Assembly (NCBI RefSeq): GCF_001194135.2 | Contig: NC_068998.1 | Span: 10,645,619-10,709,618 of the forward strand | DNA: 64,000 bases | Direction: 5' to 3' | DNA from: Octopus bimaculoides | Lineage: Eukaryota | Shown: positions 11,024-23,156 of the stretch, piece after piece | Layout of the letters: every line of letters begins with the position of its first letter | How positions within the stretch are numbered: position 1 is the first letter of the stretch | Program-made: the position numbers and the translations under genes | Notes under the pieces: generated by a model | The model's database searches: none | Told to the model about the DNA's origin: nothing | The model's input: only the letters and a program-made list of their open reading frames with translations

Positions 11024-11724
11024 TAAGGGGAGGGGGTGCTGAAAAGTTCCTGGCTTTGGGTAAAAGATAAAATACAAGAGGATCAGTCAAAACGGTAGAG
11101 GAGCAGGGTTCGAAACCGGACGTGGTTCCTCCTGATGATGTCTTCAGCTAACTGAACCCGAATCCACCAAGGGAAGGTATGTCGGAAGAAAGTAATTCAA
11201 CAACGCAGGTTGATGAACCATAAGACGTGTGGCCAGAACCGCCTGGAAAATAACCATAGCGAGGGACATTCCACAGTTGAATTAGAACAGTCACAAACAG
11301 TGAAAGAAGACATGCACCCAACACCAGAGCTGAAGACACCTCCGAAAGGGGGTGGCCCCGCCACGTCAAAACGGTAGAGGAGTAGGGGCCGAAACCGGAC
11401 GTGTTCCCTCCTGATGATGTCTTGAGCTAACTGGATCCTATAAAGGAGCTGTTGTGGTAGCAGACCACGAAACATGGTTGAAATTCCTTCCTGATTTTAT
11501 TTAACATTTTCTCCTCTCAGATTCACACACTTATTGCAGTGGTCCTTCAGTTTTCCTAAGCCATGTGAAAGAATTTGAAAGGTTGGGCCTACAACCAGGC
11601 CTTTCGTGATACTCTTAAAGACAGGAACTTTCCAGCACTCTCTCATATTAACAATTTCTAAGATAGCAACAGAAATTTGGCAAGAGGATAAATAGATTAT
11701 AGTGGACCTATAAATGTGGGGCAC
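11024..11724 (-). mobile_element. Mariner 3' end (transposase C-terminus plus TIR), interrupted by an insert of about 400 bp
   Basis: SHGLGKLKDHCNKCVNLRGENVK* resembles the mariner C-terminus (W.KCV...G.Y.E). A TIR-like TA..GGGGGTGCTGAAAAGTTCC is at about 11024-11050. Confidence 0.65.
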
Positions 11725-12348
11725 AAACTATTATGCTGGTAGAATTGTAAGTAGGAAGAAATGCTTTGTGATATTTCTTCCAGCTTTTTAGATTTTGTGT
11801 TCAAATCCTGCCAAGGTCAATTTTGCCTCTCATCCTTCCAGGAATGATAAAAAAAAAAAGTACCAGTCAAGTGTTGATGGCATAGACGAAAATCCTCCCT
11901 TCAAAACTGCTGCCTAAATAAGAAACCAATATTTAGGAAGCAGAGAGTTATATGAAGAAAATTGGGTTGTCATTTCTAGCATTGCAAAACTTATCTAATA
12001 CATCCTTTCCTTATTTAAAAGGGTAGATGTATTTTGAGGGAGATTTGACTGCTGTTTCTTGAAGGTCGGACAACCAAATAGCAAGGCAAATATCAGTAAA
12101 GGAGAATATTTAATGATTGAATGAAATTTTATCGATCCCTCAGGCAGTTTAACACTATTTTTTTTAACACAGGCACACTATACATACATTAGATAGAAAA
12201 CAAAACTGCCCCCTTTTCAAACGTTATTTGAAACGAAAACAGGCCTGCCCGCAATGTAAACAGGGGTCTTGGGCAGTCGATATTATGTATCTCTCGGTAA
12301 TAATGAAAGTGAAACAGGAAAAAACTAAAAGCAGAAAGCTGTGTTATT

Positions 12349-13131
12349 NNNNNNNNNNNNNNNNNNNNNNNNNNNNNNNNNNNNNNNNNNNNNNNNNNNN
12401 NNNNNNNNNNNNNNNNNNNNNNNNNNNNNNNNNNNNNNNNNNNNNNNNNNNNNNNNNNNNNNNNNNNNNNNNNNNNNNNNNNNNNNNNNNNNNNNNNNNN
12501 NNNNNNNNNNNNNNNNNNNNNNNNNNNNNNNNNNNNNNNNNNNNNNNNNNNNNNNNNNNNNNNNNNNNNNNNNNNNNNNNNNNNNNNNNNNNNNNNNNNN
12601 NNNNNNNNNNNNNNNNNNNNNNNNNNNNNNNNNNNNNNNNNNNNNNNNNNNNNNNNNNNNNNNNNNNNNNNNNNNNNNNNNNNNNNNNNNNNNNNNNNNN
12701 NNNNNNNNNNNNNNNNNNNNNNNNNNNNNNNNNNNNNNNNNNNNNNNNNNNNNNNNNNNNNNNNNNNNNNNNNNNNNNNNNNNNNNNNNNNNNNNNNNNN
12801 NNNNNNNNNNNNNNNNNNNNNNNNNNNNNNNNNNNNNNNNNNNNNNNNNNNNNNNNNNNNNNNNNNNNNNNNNNNNNNNNNNNNNNNNNNNNNNNNNNNN
12901 NNNNNNNNNNNNNNNNNNNNNNNNNNNNNNNNNNNNNNNNNNNNNNNNNNNNNNNNNNNNNNNNNNNNNNNNNNNNNNNNNNNNNNNNNNNNNNNNNNNN
13001 NNNNNNNNNNNNNNNNNNNNNNNNNNNNNNNNNNNNNNNNNNNNNNNNNNNNNNNNNNNNNNNNNNNNNNNNNNNNNNNNNNNNNNNNNNNNNNNNNNNN
13101 NNNNNNNNNNNNNNNNNNNNNNNNNNNNNNN
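12349..13131. other. Assembly gap inside the BTB gene intron
   Basis: N-run. Other gaps are at about 16682, 19500, 26531, 36408, 40093, 42575, 43876, 51796 and 56805. ORFs made of X are artefacts, and hidden exons cannot be excluded. Confidence 0.99.
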
Positions 13132-13171
<40 letters not shown>

Positions 13172-13196
13172 ATCTTTCTATGTTCTCCAAACCTAC

Positions 13197-13682
13197 CCAA
13201 GAAGCTGCAGCAACGTGAGCATCGCACATATAATCAAGGCAAGTTACTTCATCTGATGCGGTGTCAGCAGATGCTGGTGTTTCGTTGTCCGTGGTTGCGG
13301 CATTCGGCATGGCATTGGCACTGGTGCTACCGTTGTCGTTGGCACTGGTATCGCTGCTGTTGTCGTTGGTACTGGTGGTGGTAGTGGTAGTGGTGGTGGC
13401 GCTGGTGGTGGCGGCAGTGCTGCTCCTGCTGCCACTGGTATTGGCGTGGGTGCTGGCGCCGTAGCTACTGCTACCTCCGAGCAGGGCACGAGCTTTCTCC
13501 AACGGGTTCATTTTACTAAATGACTCACCCGACTGTCTTGTTTGCCTCGTCTGTCTCGTCTGCCGTGCCTCCTTCTCTCGGTCTCTTTCTCTCAACCTGC
13601 CCCTCTCATTGTCGTCATCGTCTTTATCATTATCGCTCTTCTTCGCCTCGTTCTTAGACTGCATTTTCAAGGTCCGTTTCAT
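13197..13682 (-). CDS. Probable first coding exon of the BTB-BACK gene (low-complexity N-terminus)
   Basis: GC-rich open frame MKRTLKMQSK...MNPLEKARALLGG...poly-Thr/Ser...DYMCDAHVAAASW, ending in a phase-0 donor TGG|GTAGGT (exon end 13197) that is compatible with the phase-0 acceptor at 4968. In-frame ATGs at 13682 and 13511, with an upstream in-frame stop near 13826. It lies next to a CpG-rich promoter-like region. Alternative donors exist at 13248 and 13529. Confidence 0.6.
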
Positions 13683-13799
13683 GGTTGCAGCGAATTTTTG
13701 TCTCTTCCGCTCGCTGCCTTCTGTTCGTTTCGTATTGCTTCGTTTCGGAATGTTTAGTTTTTGTACCAACTTCTCTGTGATTCTTCTGTCTCTTTCACT

Positions 13800-14700
13800 T
13801 TCTTCCCCAGAACGTATAACGTTTTAGTTTTTATAAGTATTGTGTATATAGATATATTGATTAAATCACTTTGTGAAACTGCAATTATTCTTTATCGGAT
13901 CTATTAAAACAATTTTAACAGCCTTTTTTTTTTTTTTTCAGTTTATATCATATATCACTTGGTCTAACAACATATATGGTAAACTCTTCGAGAACTGCTC
14001 TGTCCCGCTCTTGTGTAATTTTTTTGCGCGAAAATCTCCGACGAAAATGCTAAAGTGACCAAGGGCTTTACTTCGAGAATAAATATTTAATAGACAGAAG
14101 CGTATGTCTCATTTGGTAGATTCCTATCGGGATAGAGAGAGTCCGTGAAGACGCACCTAAAATTGTTTAGTAGAGTTACAAAAGACTGGGTGTTGTCTGA
14201 TTAATGTTGTTACTGACGATGGTATTTCGGTCGATTTTTCCTCTCTTTTGTTGTCTATAACTGAATGTTATTAATATATGCGGTTGATAATGATGCGAAT
14301 TAACTTTTACCAACGGTAGAGTTATCTCCAGTCACAAAAAAGGGTCGTAGTAATGGTATAAGGTGGTGGTGAAGATTACTTCTAGAAATGCTACTAAAAA
14401 AATAACTTACGCGCACATCTGTAAACACCCACGCGTAAAAATAAACTGATATACATACGCGAATGTGTGTGTGTGTGAAGGAGAGAGAGGGAGAGAGAAA
14501 GAAAGAGAATGTTTGGGCGTATAGTCGTCTGGGTAGTGTATCAGTCAGCTTGCAGTTTGTACAACATCAATAGAAAATACTGGTTTTCTAGTTTAGATGA
14601 TATATAGAGAGAGAAAAAGAGGAACGGAAGACTGAGAGAGAGAGAGAGAGAAGCACTGAGTAAGAGTTATAGTTGAACAAAGAAAGAGAAGTAACCAATA
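13800..14700. promoter_or_regulatory. CpG-retaining promoter-like region, possibly bidirectional
   Basis: Visibly more CpG than the depleted background, directly upstream of the minus-strand first exon. Contains TTTTGCGCGAAAA at 14022-14034 (TTTCGCGC on minus, E2F-type consensus) and ACGCGT near 14431. Confidence 0.6.
14450..14659 (+). other. Candidate divergent non-coding first exon
   Basis: Ends in a good donor CTGA|GTAAGA (GT at 14660-14661) on the opposite side of the CpG-rich region. No downstream partner exon was identified, and the start is a guess. Confidence 0.25.
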
Positions 14701-15469
14701 AAATTAAAATAACGGCAATCGAACTCTTTTCCGCCTTATATAAAGTGTTCTTTAACACCAGGTCAACTCTGCTAGTGCAGGCCGATGATTAAAAGCGTTC
14801 CAGTCATGACCACCACGTTTTGTATGCTAGTGACTAATTTATCTAACGGAATTATTTAAGATGGAGGAGGCTGATTTGACTGCTATTTCTAACCGTTCAC
14901 GCAATCACGTAGAGACTAAATCCCTCATCAAAATAGTAATTATTTCTAAGCTAACAGCTTCCCTTTAAACATATAAAATTCTAGTCTTTGGCATCAGCCT
15001 TTATAAGACAATCGGGTTCGAACAAGAATGAAGGCAGGGCCGATCTAATATTTCTTTTATCGATTATAACGAAGTTAATTCAGCTATCTTTATTCTTGTA
15101 GAAACCTAGTCATTTTATAAAGGTTTATGTTAATGCGCGTGTGTAATATAAGATTTTGTGAACAATAGCGTCGTTGGTTACCGGCTTTCAACAAAGCTAA
15201 TCATTAACTTCGTAATGGGGAAAGTAATAAGGGTTTGAGTAAATCTGGCGGAGGTAATATTACAAGGAATGTTTATTCGGAATCACCGGTGAAATGGATT
15301 TTTCACTGATGTTTACATTAGTTACTATCATGGTCGCCGAAAGCTGTCTACGCATATTAGGAAAGATATGTAATGCGTAATATGTTACACCTTTAATTGA
15401 TTTCCTTAAAATTTATTTTCTGCCTGCCATGTTTAATATGGTAGCCTCCACATATCTTACTAACATATA

Positions 15470-16150
15470 TATTATCTTGTTTCAGTCATTAGACTACGAC
15501 CACACTGGAGCACTGCCTTGGATTTTAGTCGAACGAATCGACTACAGTACTAATTTTTTAAAACCTGGTACTTATTTTATCAGTCCTTTTTTTTTCTTTA
15601 CCGAACCACTAAGTTACGGGGACGTTAACATACATCACTTGTCATCATATATGTGTGTGTGTTAGTGTGTATAATGGGCTTCCTTCAGTTTCCGTCTACT
15701 AGATCCACTCACAAGGCTTTAATCAGCCCGAGGCTATAGTAGAAGAGAATTGCTCAGAGTGCAACGCATTGGCACTGAACCCGAAACCATGTGATTAGCA
15801 AACTAATGGCCACACAGCCATGCCTGCACTTGTATAAAATTTTATTTCTTGTTTCAGGCGTTGGACCGTGACCATACTTGGGCATCACTTTAAAAGGTTT
15901 AGTCGAACCCGATTTTTACTTTTTGAAGCCTAGTATCTATTCTAAAGGGCTCTTTTTGCCGAACCGTTAAGTTACGTGGGCGTAAACAAACCAACACTGG
16001 TTGTCAAGCGATAATGGGAGCACAGCCGCAAATACAAATACACGTAGATTTTATGCAGATACGACAAGGTTCTTTCAGTTTCTGTTTACGAAGTCCACTT
16101 ACAAGGCTTTGGGTCAGCTTGTGGTTATAGCAGTAGCCACTTGCTGAAGG
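15470..16150 (-). mobile_element. Two tandem diverged SINE family A copies
   Basis: Two successive tail-to-head homologies with family A (about 15470-15830 and 15840-16150). Confidence 0.8.
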
Positions 16151-16433
16151 TACCACGGATCTTTCTGATTTGGCGTACACCATTTTTTTTATTTAGTGTG
16201 TTTTCTACCGAAACACTTTGAAACTTCGTATAGTTGTATATTTTGTCTTATAGAACAGAGAAAAAAATTTTATATTCGAAGTTATTGCATGTTAAAAGTT
16301 GTCGTATTTCGGTAATTTCAACCAATCACTGACGTCTATTGAGGTGAAACCAATTACTGCTGTGATTTATCAACACCACGTTGTGGCGGTGTAATGGGAT
16401 CTATATCCCTTGAATAAAATTACTGCCGTTGTT

Positions 16434-16681
16434 TGTCAACAACAACTATCGGCGGTACTGTTATTTATGACATCGTTCGTGCATTTGTACTGGTTTTAGC
16501 TTTAGGGTTAGAGTTAGAGTTATGAGTATTTTTGCCAAATTTGGTGGAAAATTTGTGGCAGTGTATTGAACCAAATTTGGCAAAAATACTCATAACTCTA
16601 ACTCTAACCCTAAAGCTAAAACCAGTACAAATGCACGAACGATGTCATAAATAACAGTACCGCCGATAGTTGTTGTTGACA
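16434..16681. repeat. Perfect 112-bp inverted repeat with 24-nt spacer, abutting a gap
   Basis: 16434-16545 is the exact reverse complement of 16570-16681. It contains a TTAGGGTTAGAGTTAGAG telomere-like run, and Ns start at 16682. Confidence 0.95.
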
Positions 16682-19076
16682 NNNNNNNNNNNNNNNNNNN
16701 NNNNNNNNNNNNNNNNNNNNNNNNNNNNNNNNNNNNNNNNNNNNNNNNNNNNNNNNNNNNNNNNNNNNNNNNNNNNNNNNNNNNNNNNNNNNNNNNNNNN
16801 NNNNNNNNNNNNNNNNNNNNNNNNNNNNNNNNTATATATAAGATGATTTAGCATCTGTTTCTCTGCATATAGGCTAGAAAATTTTTCTTAGCCCTTATTA
16901 TAATTATACATAATTTTCACCTTAATTGGTTTCATTTTATATGCTGGCCACTGATAAAATTTCTTTCAAAAAAAGTTTTATCCTCTATTATTGTATATAT
17001 ATGTGTGTGTGTGTTTCCCTTCCAGTCATTTCAATATGTGACCAAGTTGATCAATCACAGAAATCCGTGTAAAGTATCCCCTCCCCCACTCTCATTCCTA
17101 ACCCTCTTATCCTGTTCTCTCACATTCATTACCCTATCTTTTATTCATCCTATCTTTGTTGTGTTGCTTGAACAAAACGAGCAATGCAGAGTAGGGAGAA
17201 CACTCTAGTATAGCAGGGCCTGCAAACTGCACCCCATAGAATATTGAAACTGGCTAGCGTTAGAAAAGGCATTCAGGCATTGAAGAAACCATGCTGAAAA
17301 GATAAGGTCCCCAAACTGCTTGGAAGGGAAGTAACTCCACATAGGAACTGACTTGGAATTATTTGTTGCGATCGCATGTACACACACAGAATCGGTGTTC
17401 ATTTCTAATCTTCTGTGAAAACATGTCCAGTTATGGAGAAATATGTTGCCTGGCAACAGGAAGGGCATCATACTATAGAAAATATACCACAACAAATTCC
17501 ATCTGGCCCATAACAATGATGACTATACACACAAAGCTGAATGTATAGTCAATATTTTCTTAAACATATGTGTTTTTCTAAATACTTCCTAAAAAAAAAA
17601 ATTGCCCTGACCCATGTGCAGCATGGAAAAGTAGATGCTATAATAATGATGATGATATATGTATCAAACACTCAGATAGAAAAAAAATTATATCTATGTG
17701 TGTATATATAAAAGATTATGTGAGTTCATAAAAACTTTATAAAAAATAAGCAATACAAAAAGCCAGTTTGTACCATACTGGCAATGAGTCAAAATTCTCT
17801 CTCTCTCTCTCTCTCTCACTTTATCTATCACACTCACGCACACATACACAGAGGTTATGTAATTTATATAGGAACAACATTGTCACTAGAAATGAAAAAT
17901 GAGATCTCCCAAAATTGGTCTGGTTACCAACCAACTGGTTTTTTTGGAATTGTTGCAGTTCTGGTTCTCAGTCTTAAGATTTATTTATCATCATCATCAT
18001 AAACTTCATGACCTGACCAGAATATGTAAATACGTCTAACATTTACACTATGGAAATAAGTAAACGGATATAGGTTACATCAATGCGTCATAAGATGGAC
18101 TGAGTTACATATTAAGTCAGTTTAAACAAACAAATAAACTAATGGAACCTACTAAATTATTTTGGTTTTGTCCTTGAATAAATGAAGGTGGCTTTCGTTT
18201 TGCTTTGTTGTTGTATTATTGCATTCTTGTTTGTTAATTGGTTGGATGGATTTACTGAAGAGTAAATGTCATGTTTGTCATTGAAGACATTCCAGATCTC
18301 TTAACCCATTTTAAGACCTTCTCAATTAAGTTGTTTTTGGTTTTTAATTTTATACAAGGCAGAGAAGGAAGGGTAGCAGTACCCATGAGTTTAGTTGGTA
18401 TCTCATTGATACTCACCAAACCAGATTTAAAGGTAAGAACAATTAAGAGCAAAACCTATAAGGTAAAATAAGGAATATCAAAATTTGTAGGCAAAACAAG
18501 GGAAACCAAAATTCTCTTGGAACAACAAGGAAGAACAAACTGTCAGCAAGACAAGGTGGGTCCCACTGTGGAGAAATCAAGGAGCTCAAACTCTGCAGGC
18601 TGAACATGATCCAAGGTTCAGATGCTTCCTCATAAGGGCCATTGACATCTTTGCAAGATTTGGGGCTAACATTCAGTAAAATGCCACTCTGTAGTAAATG
18701 CAACCCATTTTTAGTTGAGCAAACTGGAGCAACATGAAATGCTGTGCTGTGGGACTGAACTGAAGACCACAGGATTAGGAAGCAAGCTTCTTACCACACA
18801 GACATACCTGCATCTCCATGCATATGCATAATCACACACACAAACACACATACACATACACACATAGTTGACTAAGAATCCATATGTCTGAAAAACGCAG
18901 CACTCATATATTTATCAATAGAGTGATATATATATGTCAGCATTTGCAGTATTATAGATCCATTACAGCCAATCTTATCAGCTTCATACCACCTATCTGA
19001 TAACATGCTCTTCAGAGACAGCAGATAATGGCAGATTGGTAAGACAATCTGCAATAGATATATAACTCTGTATAGT

Positions 19077-19109
<33 letters not shown>

Positions 19110-19111
<2 letters not shown>

Positions 19112-19375
19112 TCATCATCGTCGTTTAACATCTGCTTTCCTTGTTAGCATGGGTTGGACGATTTGACTGAGGACTGGTGGACCAGGCGGCGACACCAGGT
19201 TCCAATCTGGTTTGGCAGGGTTTCTACAGCTGGATGCCCTTCCTAATGCCAACCACTCTGAGAGTGTAGTGGGTGCTTTTAGGTGCCACCGGCACGAGGG
19301 CCAGTCAGGCGGTACTGGCGACGGCCTCGCTCGAAATGGTGTATTTTACATGCCACCTGCACAGAAGCCAGTCCA
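19110..19375 (-). mobile_element. Retroposon family D (GGCATTAGGAAGGGCATCCAGCTGTAGAAA module, (GAT)n tail)
   Basis: Well-preserved copy. Homologues at about 7610-7735(+), 7990-8160(-), 39440-39600, 48710-48900(-), 49020-49200(-), 49200-49410(+), 50270-50830(-), 52380-52480 and 61660-61900. Confidence 0.8.
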
Positions 19376-19765
19376 TATATATATATATATATTAGGGCTG
19401 CAGAATTTAAAGATTAATTAATTATTAATTTATTTTAACAATTAAATTTTTATTAATCGGTTTCAAATCTAATTTCTACCCATCATTAATAAAATGTACN
19501 NNNNNNNNNNNNNNNNNNNNNNNNNNNNNNNNNNNNNNNNNNNNNNNNNNNNNNNNNNNNNNNNNNNNNNNNNNNNNNNNNNNNNNNNNNNNNNNNNNNN
19601 NNNNNNNNNNNNNNNNNNNNNNNNNNNNNNNNNNNNNNNNNNNNNNNNNNNNNNNNNNNNNNNNNNNNNNNNNNNNNNNNNNNNNNNNNNNNNNNNNNNN
19701 NNNNNNNNNNNNNNNNNNNNNNNNNNNNNNNNNNNNNNNNNNNNNNNNNNNNNNNNNNNNNNNNN

Positions 19766-20085
19766 TGTCAGTAAGGTGAGGGTTGGCAATGAGTACAGTG
19801 AAGGATTCCGGGTAGAGGTAGGGGTCCACCAAGGTTCTATCCTCAGCCCCCTCCTATTTATCATAGTCCTCCAGGCGATAACAGAGGAATTCAAGACAGG
19901 ATGCCCCTGGGAGCTCCTCTATGCTGATGACCTTGCACTAATTGCTGAATCACTATCAGAACTAGAAGAGAAGTTTCAGGTGTGGAAGCAAGGACTAAAA
20001 TCGAGGTGGTGAGGCAAGACCTTCGAACATTGGGCCTCACCGAGGCGATGACTTCTGACCAAGACTTTTAGAAATATGCTGTGTG
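19766..20085 (+). mobile_element. RTE-clade LINE fragment (RT core fused to 3' end)
   Basis: VGVHQGSILSPLLFIIVLQAI...WELLYADDLALIAES (RT domains 4-5), followed directly by VVRQDLRTLGLTEAMTSD, an RTE C-terminal-like segment. Confidence 0.9.
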
Positions 20086-20623
20086 ATGCCTTGCAGTGTG
20101 ATGAATTGTACCAATTGTCGAAGCTGGTAATTCCAGCCAAAGAGGAAAAATAACAGAGAGAATACAAAAGAGCACATGAGAAGCATCATTTGTCAGTTGC
20201 ATTTGGTAGCTTCACCTGCAGCAGATAACATCACTGCAGCAGATCAAGAGCCGACCTTTTGCCCACATGCAAACCTGCCAGGGATGATTATTGAATGAGA
20301 ACAATGAATATCAACATATGATGGACATTTAAAGAAGAAGCAGTGTATATAATTCAGTATATAATGCATGCAGTGTATACAATTCAGAAAATAGCATGTA
20401 TAATTTGTTAAGCCATGTACATGATTTAGTAAGAAAGTTAATATTATTTCATCACTGAATGCAATTTATTGAGAAGACAAAAAATACAAAAGCAAAGAGA
20501 AAAAAATAAATAAATAAATAAATTGAAGTAAAGAAAAGAAACAGGTTGCACATGAATGAATATTGGGGTATTTAATCATACAGAAATAAATAAATAAATA
20601 ATAATAATAATAATAATGCTTTC

Positions 20624-20659
<36 letters not shown>

Positions 20660-21363
20660 CATCTTACCCCTCGAATGTCACTAGAAACAGTAGAAGACCT
20701 ACAACAGCCTATGCCTTCAAATTTTCTCCTATGATTATTGGACTGCCAGTTTTTATTTATTTATGTTGTTGTTGTTGTGGTCAACCTTATTTTTTTTTTT
20801 AATCCAGATCAGCTCTGATCAGACAAACAGACAGAGAGACTGACAGACAGATAAACAGAGATACAGACAGACCAATGATTCCAAAAGGGTTTCAGCTGGT
20901 AACAAGTCTGTTCTTTATTTTCCTGGAAATAGTCGATGCCACCATTACCTAACATGTCCCTTGGAATAATGATTGTGATATGAAAAAAAAACAGGTGGGA
21001 AGTAGATGTGGCTGCTATTTCTAGCAGGTCAGGAACAACTTGTCATTAAACCAAGTGGCATGAAATCAATCTTCAGAAGTTGTGCTTTTCCAAGATATAG
21101 TAAAATTTTTTAATCCAACATCAGTGACTAATTCTGGGAAAATTATGCTCACTCATTCTTCTATTAAATCAGTTTACAATTTACATAATGTATATTATGA
21201 ACTATTGCTTAGCGAACCAGGAAGACCTTGATGGCGGCTTGCTTAGTGATTGGGTCTTAACTTGGTGTTAGTACAACAGTCAACAACAACATAAGTGATT
21301 CCCAACAATATCCCCACCACACATACACACACACAACATGAGTCAATGGAGAAGCTTCTATAT

Positions 21364-21597
21364 CTCTTTTACTCGTTTCAGTCATTTGACTGTGGCCATG
21401 CTGGAGCACCACCTTTTAGTCGAGCTAATCGACCCCAGGACTTATTCTTTGGAAGCCTAGTACTTATTCTATCGGTCTCTTTAGCCGAACCGCTAATTTA
21501 CGGGGACTTAAACACACCAGCATCGGTTGTCAAGCAATGTTAGGGGGACAAACACAGACACAAACATGTACACACACACACACACACACACATGTAT

Positions 21598-21639
<42 letters not shown>

Positions 21640-21790
21640 GACGGGCTTCTTTCAGTTTCCATCTACCAAATCCACTCACAAGGCTTTGGTCGGCCCGAGG
21701 CTATAGTAGAAGACATTTGCCCAAGGTGCCACGCAGTGGGATTGAACCCAGAACCATGTGGTTGGTAAGCAAGCTACTTACCACACAGCC
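21364..21790 (-). mobile_element. SINE family A, young full-length copy with internal (CA)n
   Basis: Closely matches 35970-36385 in reverse orientation, with CpGs retained. Confidence 0.9.
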
Positions 21791-23125
21791 TATGATTATT
21801 AATTTTCTAAAATGAATCAAGGAAGTTTGAGAAGTGTGGCTGTATAGGTTCTCTCATTTGCTTGTAGGAAAGATTGTTCAACTGAAATCCACAGAAAACT
21901 TCAATCAACAGATAGGCTACTATGTGGACACCAAATTTTACAAATAACAACCAAATCACTTTCTATTGTCTTAGGGAAAAAAAGCCTATATTTCACATAC
22001 AAAAACAAAATCAAAACTAGAATAGAGAATATAGATACAGGTGTGGCAATGTGGTGAGATTTTACTTCCCTACCACATGGTTCCAGGTTCAGTCCCACTG
22101 CATGGTAACTTGTGCAGGTATCTTCTACTATAACCTGTTTTCTGTGTGAGTGTGTGTGTGTATCTTTGTATTTGTCCCCCACCACCACTTAACTAGTGTT
22201 GGTATATTTACGTCCCCGTAACTTAGAGGTTTTGCAAAAAGAGACCAATAGAATATGTACCAGGCTTAGAAAATCGATAAGTTCTGGGCTTGATCTGTTT
22301 GGCTAAACCCTTCAAGGCAGTGCTCTAGTATGGCTGAAGTCTAATGACTGAAACAAGAAAAGGTTAAATATGGACAAGCTTGGAATTCCTTTACTTATTG
22401 ATCTGCTCAATTAGCATTGAGATGAGTGTAAACAACAACAAACAAAACCATACTTTGCTTATATCATCTATTCTTCGTTCTATCCTAGATTAGTCATTAC
22501 AACTAAATTTAAATTTAGAACTTATATATATATATATATATATATTCAATTGTTTATTCCCTTTGTATGACTAAATCGCTTTCTTAACCTGCCATTGAAC
22601 CATAAAATTATTATCACACCCTATTTCTCAAACCAAACTAAGCAAATGTAAACAAAGAAATTTCTACAGGGTCACTATATCACACACAACTGTTTTAAAA
22701 GAAAGAACACAGATGATGCAATAATGGATACACTGCCTGCAAAAACAAAAATGTATTTTGCTGACCGGCAGCCTTCTACTTTCTCTGTCCAAAAGGAATT
22801 TTCAACCCAATATTTACATGTTATTTATGATCCTATGTCTGTGCTACAAGACATTAAAAAAGAAAAAAATTCACTAATCTTGATGCAAGGCCAACAATTT
22901 TGAGGGGAGGGGTGAGTTGATTACATGGACGCTGGTTACTCTCGTTCATAGTTTACACTTAGATTTCTGAAATTTTGAATTTTTAATCACGTTTTGTTTT
23001 GAACTTGAAAAATACAGACGTACTGTTGAAATATTGTTCAACGAATAAAACATCTATACAATCGAATCGCGCTCTTCGTCTTGACTATTTACCTTCGTGA
23101 AGAGTTACGTCAATCCTTTTTTAAA

Positions 23126-23156
<31 letters not shown>

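Noticed and set aside
11100-11480. Hammerhead reading of the direct-repeat insert, and a plus-strand decayed-ORF reading
   Set aside because: Stem I cannot form (only 4-5 nt between the cleavage triplet and CUGAUGA). The plus frame has about 9 stops in 135 codons, no better than random.
12189-13131. Long ORFs through N-runs (also near 19500, 26530, 36400, 40090, 42570, 51800)
   Set aside because: They are artefacts of translating gaps. Only the non-N portions were evaluated.
18359-18432. Plus-strand exon-like segment ending AAG|GTAAGA
   Set aside because: It overlaps a degenerate family B SINE on minus, and has no recognisable peptide or partner exon.
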